From Haplodiscus bocki (lineage: Eukaryota): DNA of 64,000 nucleotides. Made by a program: the position numbers and the translations under genes. Location: assembly GCA_965655095.1 (NCBI GenBank), contig OZ296657.1:61690001-61754000 (forward strand), given 5' to 3'. The notes beneath the pieces were generated by a model. The model ran no database searches and had not been told where the DNA came from. It worked only from the letters and a program-made list of their open reading frames with translations. Position 1 is the stretch's first letter. Every line of letters begins with the position of its first letter. This document shows positions 63,716-64,000 of the stretch, piece by piece.

Positions 63716-64000
63716 GATGAATGGGGTGGCATACTTTCAACTATTACATGGTGGACTTATAATTTTATTCATTAAATAGCTCGATTATTTAATTTCTAAA
63801 TTGACCGATTTGTCTGCCAGCAATGATGTCAGCATGATATTTCAAGGATACATTGAGGAGTGAAACTCAAAATTTCTTCATTCCAAAATCTCATCTTCAT
63901 TTTGTTTACCAATCATCAACTTCAGTTATACCGCCAATTAAGTGACTACAGTACTTCCACTGAAACCGCGGGAACTTCAAAGCGTCTCCCGCCTGACGGC

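Larger units (their letters stand above)
51981..64000 (+). mobile_element. Large Ty3/Gypsy LTR retrotransposon; 3' LTR not in window
   Basis: LTR, PBS, gag, then pol in PR-RT-RH-INT order, followed by family-like non-coding motifs and an antisense gene. Extension beyond 58.9 kb is inferred. Confidence 0.7.

Overview
AT-rich eukaryotic DNA made up mostly of transposable elements. The repeat families and Maverick-type remnants suggest a marine invertebrate, possibly an acoel worm; this is an impression, not a verified assignment. The only recognisable host gene is the 5' end of a TBC1D30-like RabGAP gene on the minus strand (coding exons 10077-10349 and 5427-5715). Left to right the window holds: decayed Gypsy and BEL/Pao relics, MITE and SINE copies, a near-intact CR1-type LINE (PHD ORF1, APE-RT ORF2), a decayed Maverick/Polinton-like element, a diverged ~520-bp tandem array of about 10 units, a pogo/Passer (DD35D) transposon nested in a foldback element that is itself nested in an old Gypsy, an inverted ~820-bp LTR, and a large Ty3/Gypsy element from 51981 that probably runs past the window end. 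The most interesting system is this last element. Its gag starts ~400 nt inside the LTR and reads through the PBS, and pol follows a U-UUA-AAC -1 frameshift site. Downstream of pol lies a convergent antisense gene of ~9 exons (~1,170 codons) with short GT-AG introns, encoding a zinc-finger protein that looks derived from a hAT-type transposase. All homology calls come from motif recognition by eye, not database searches.
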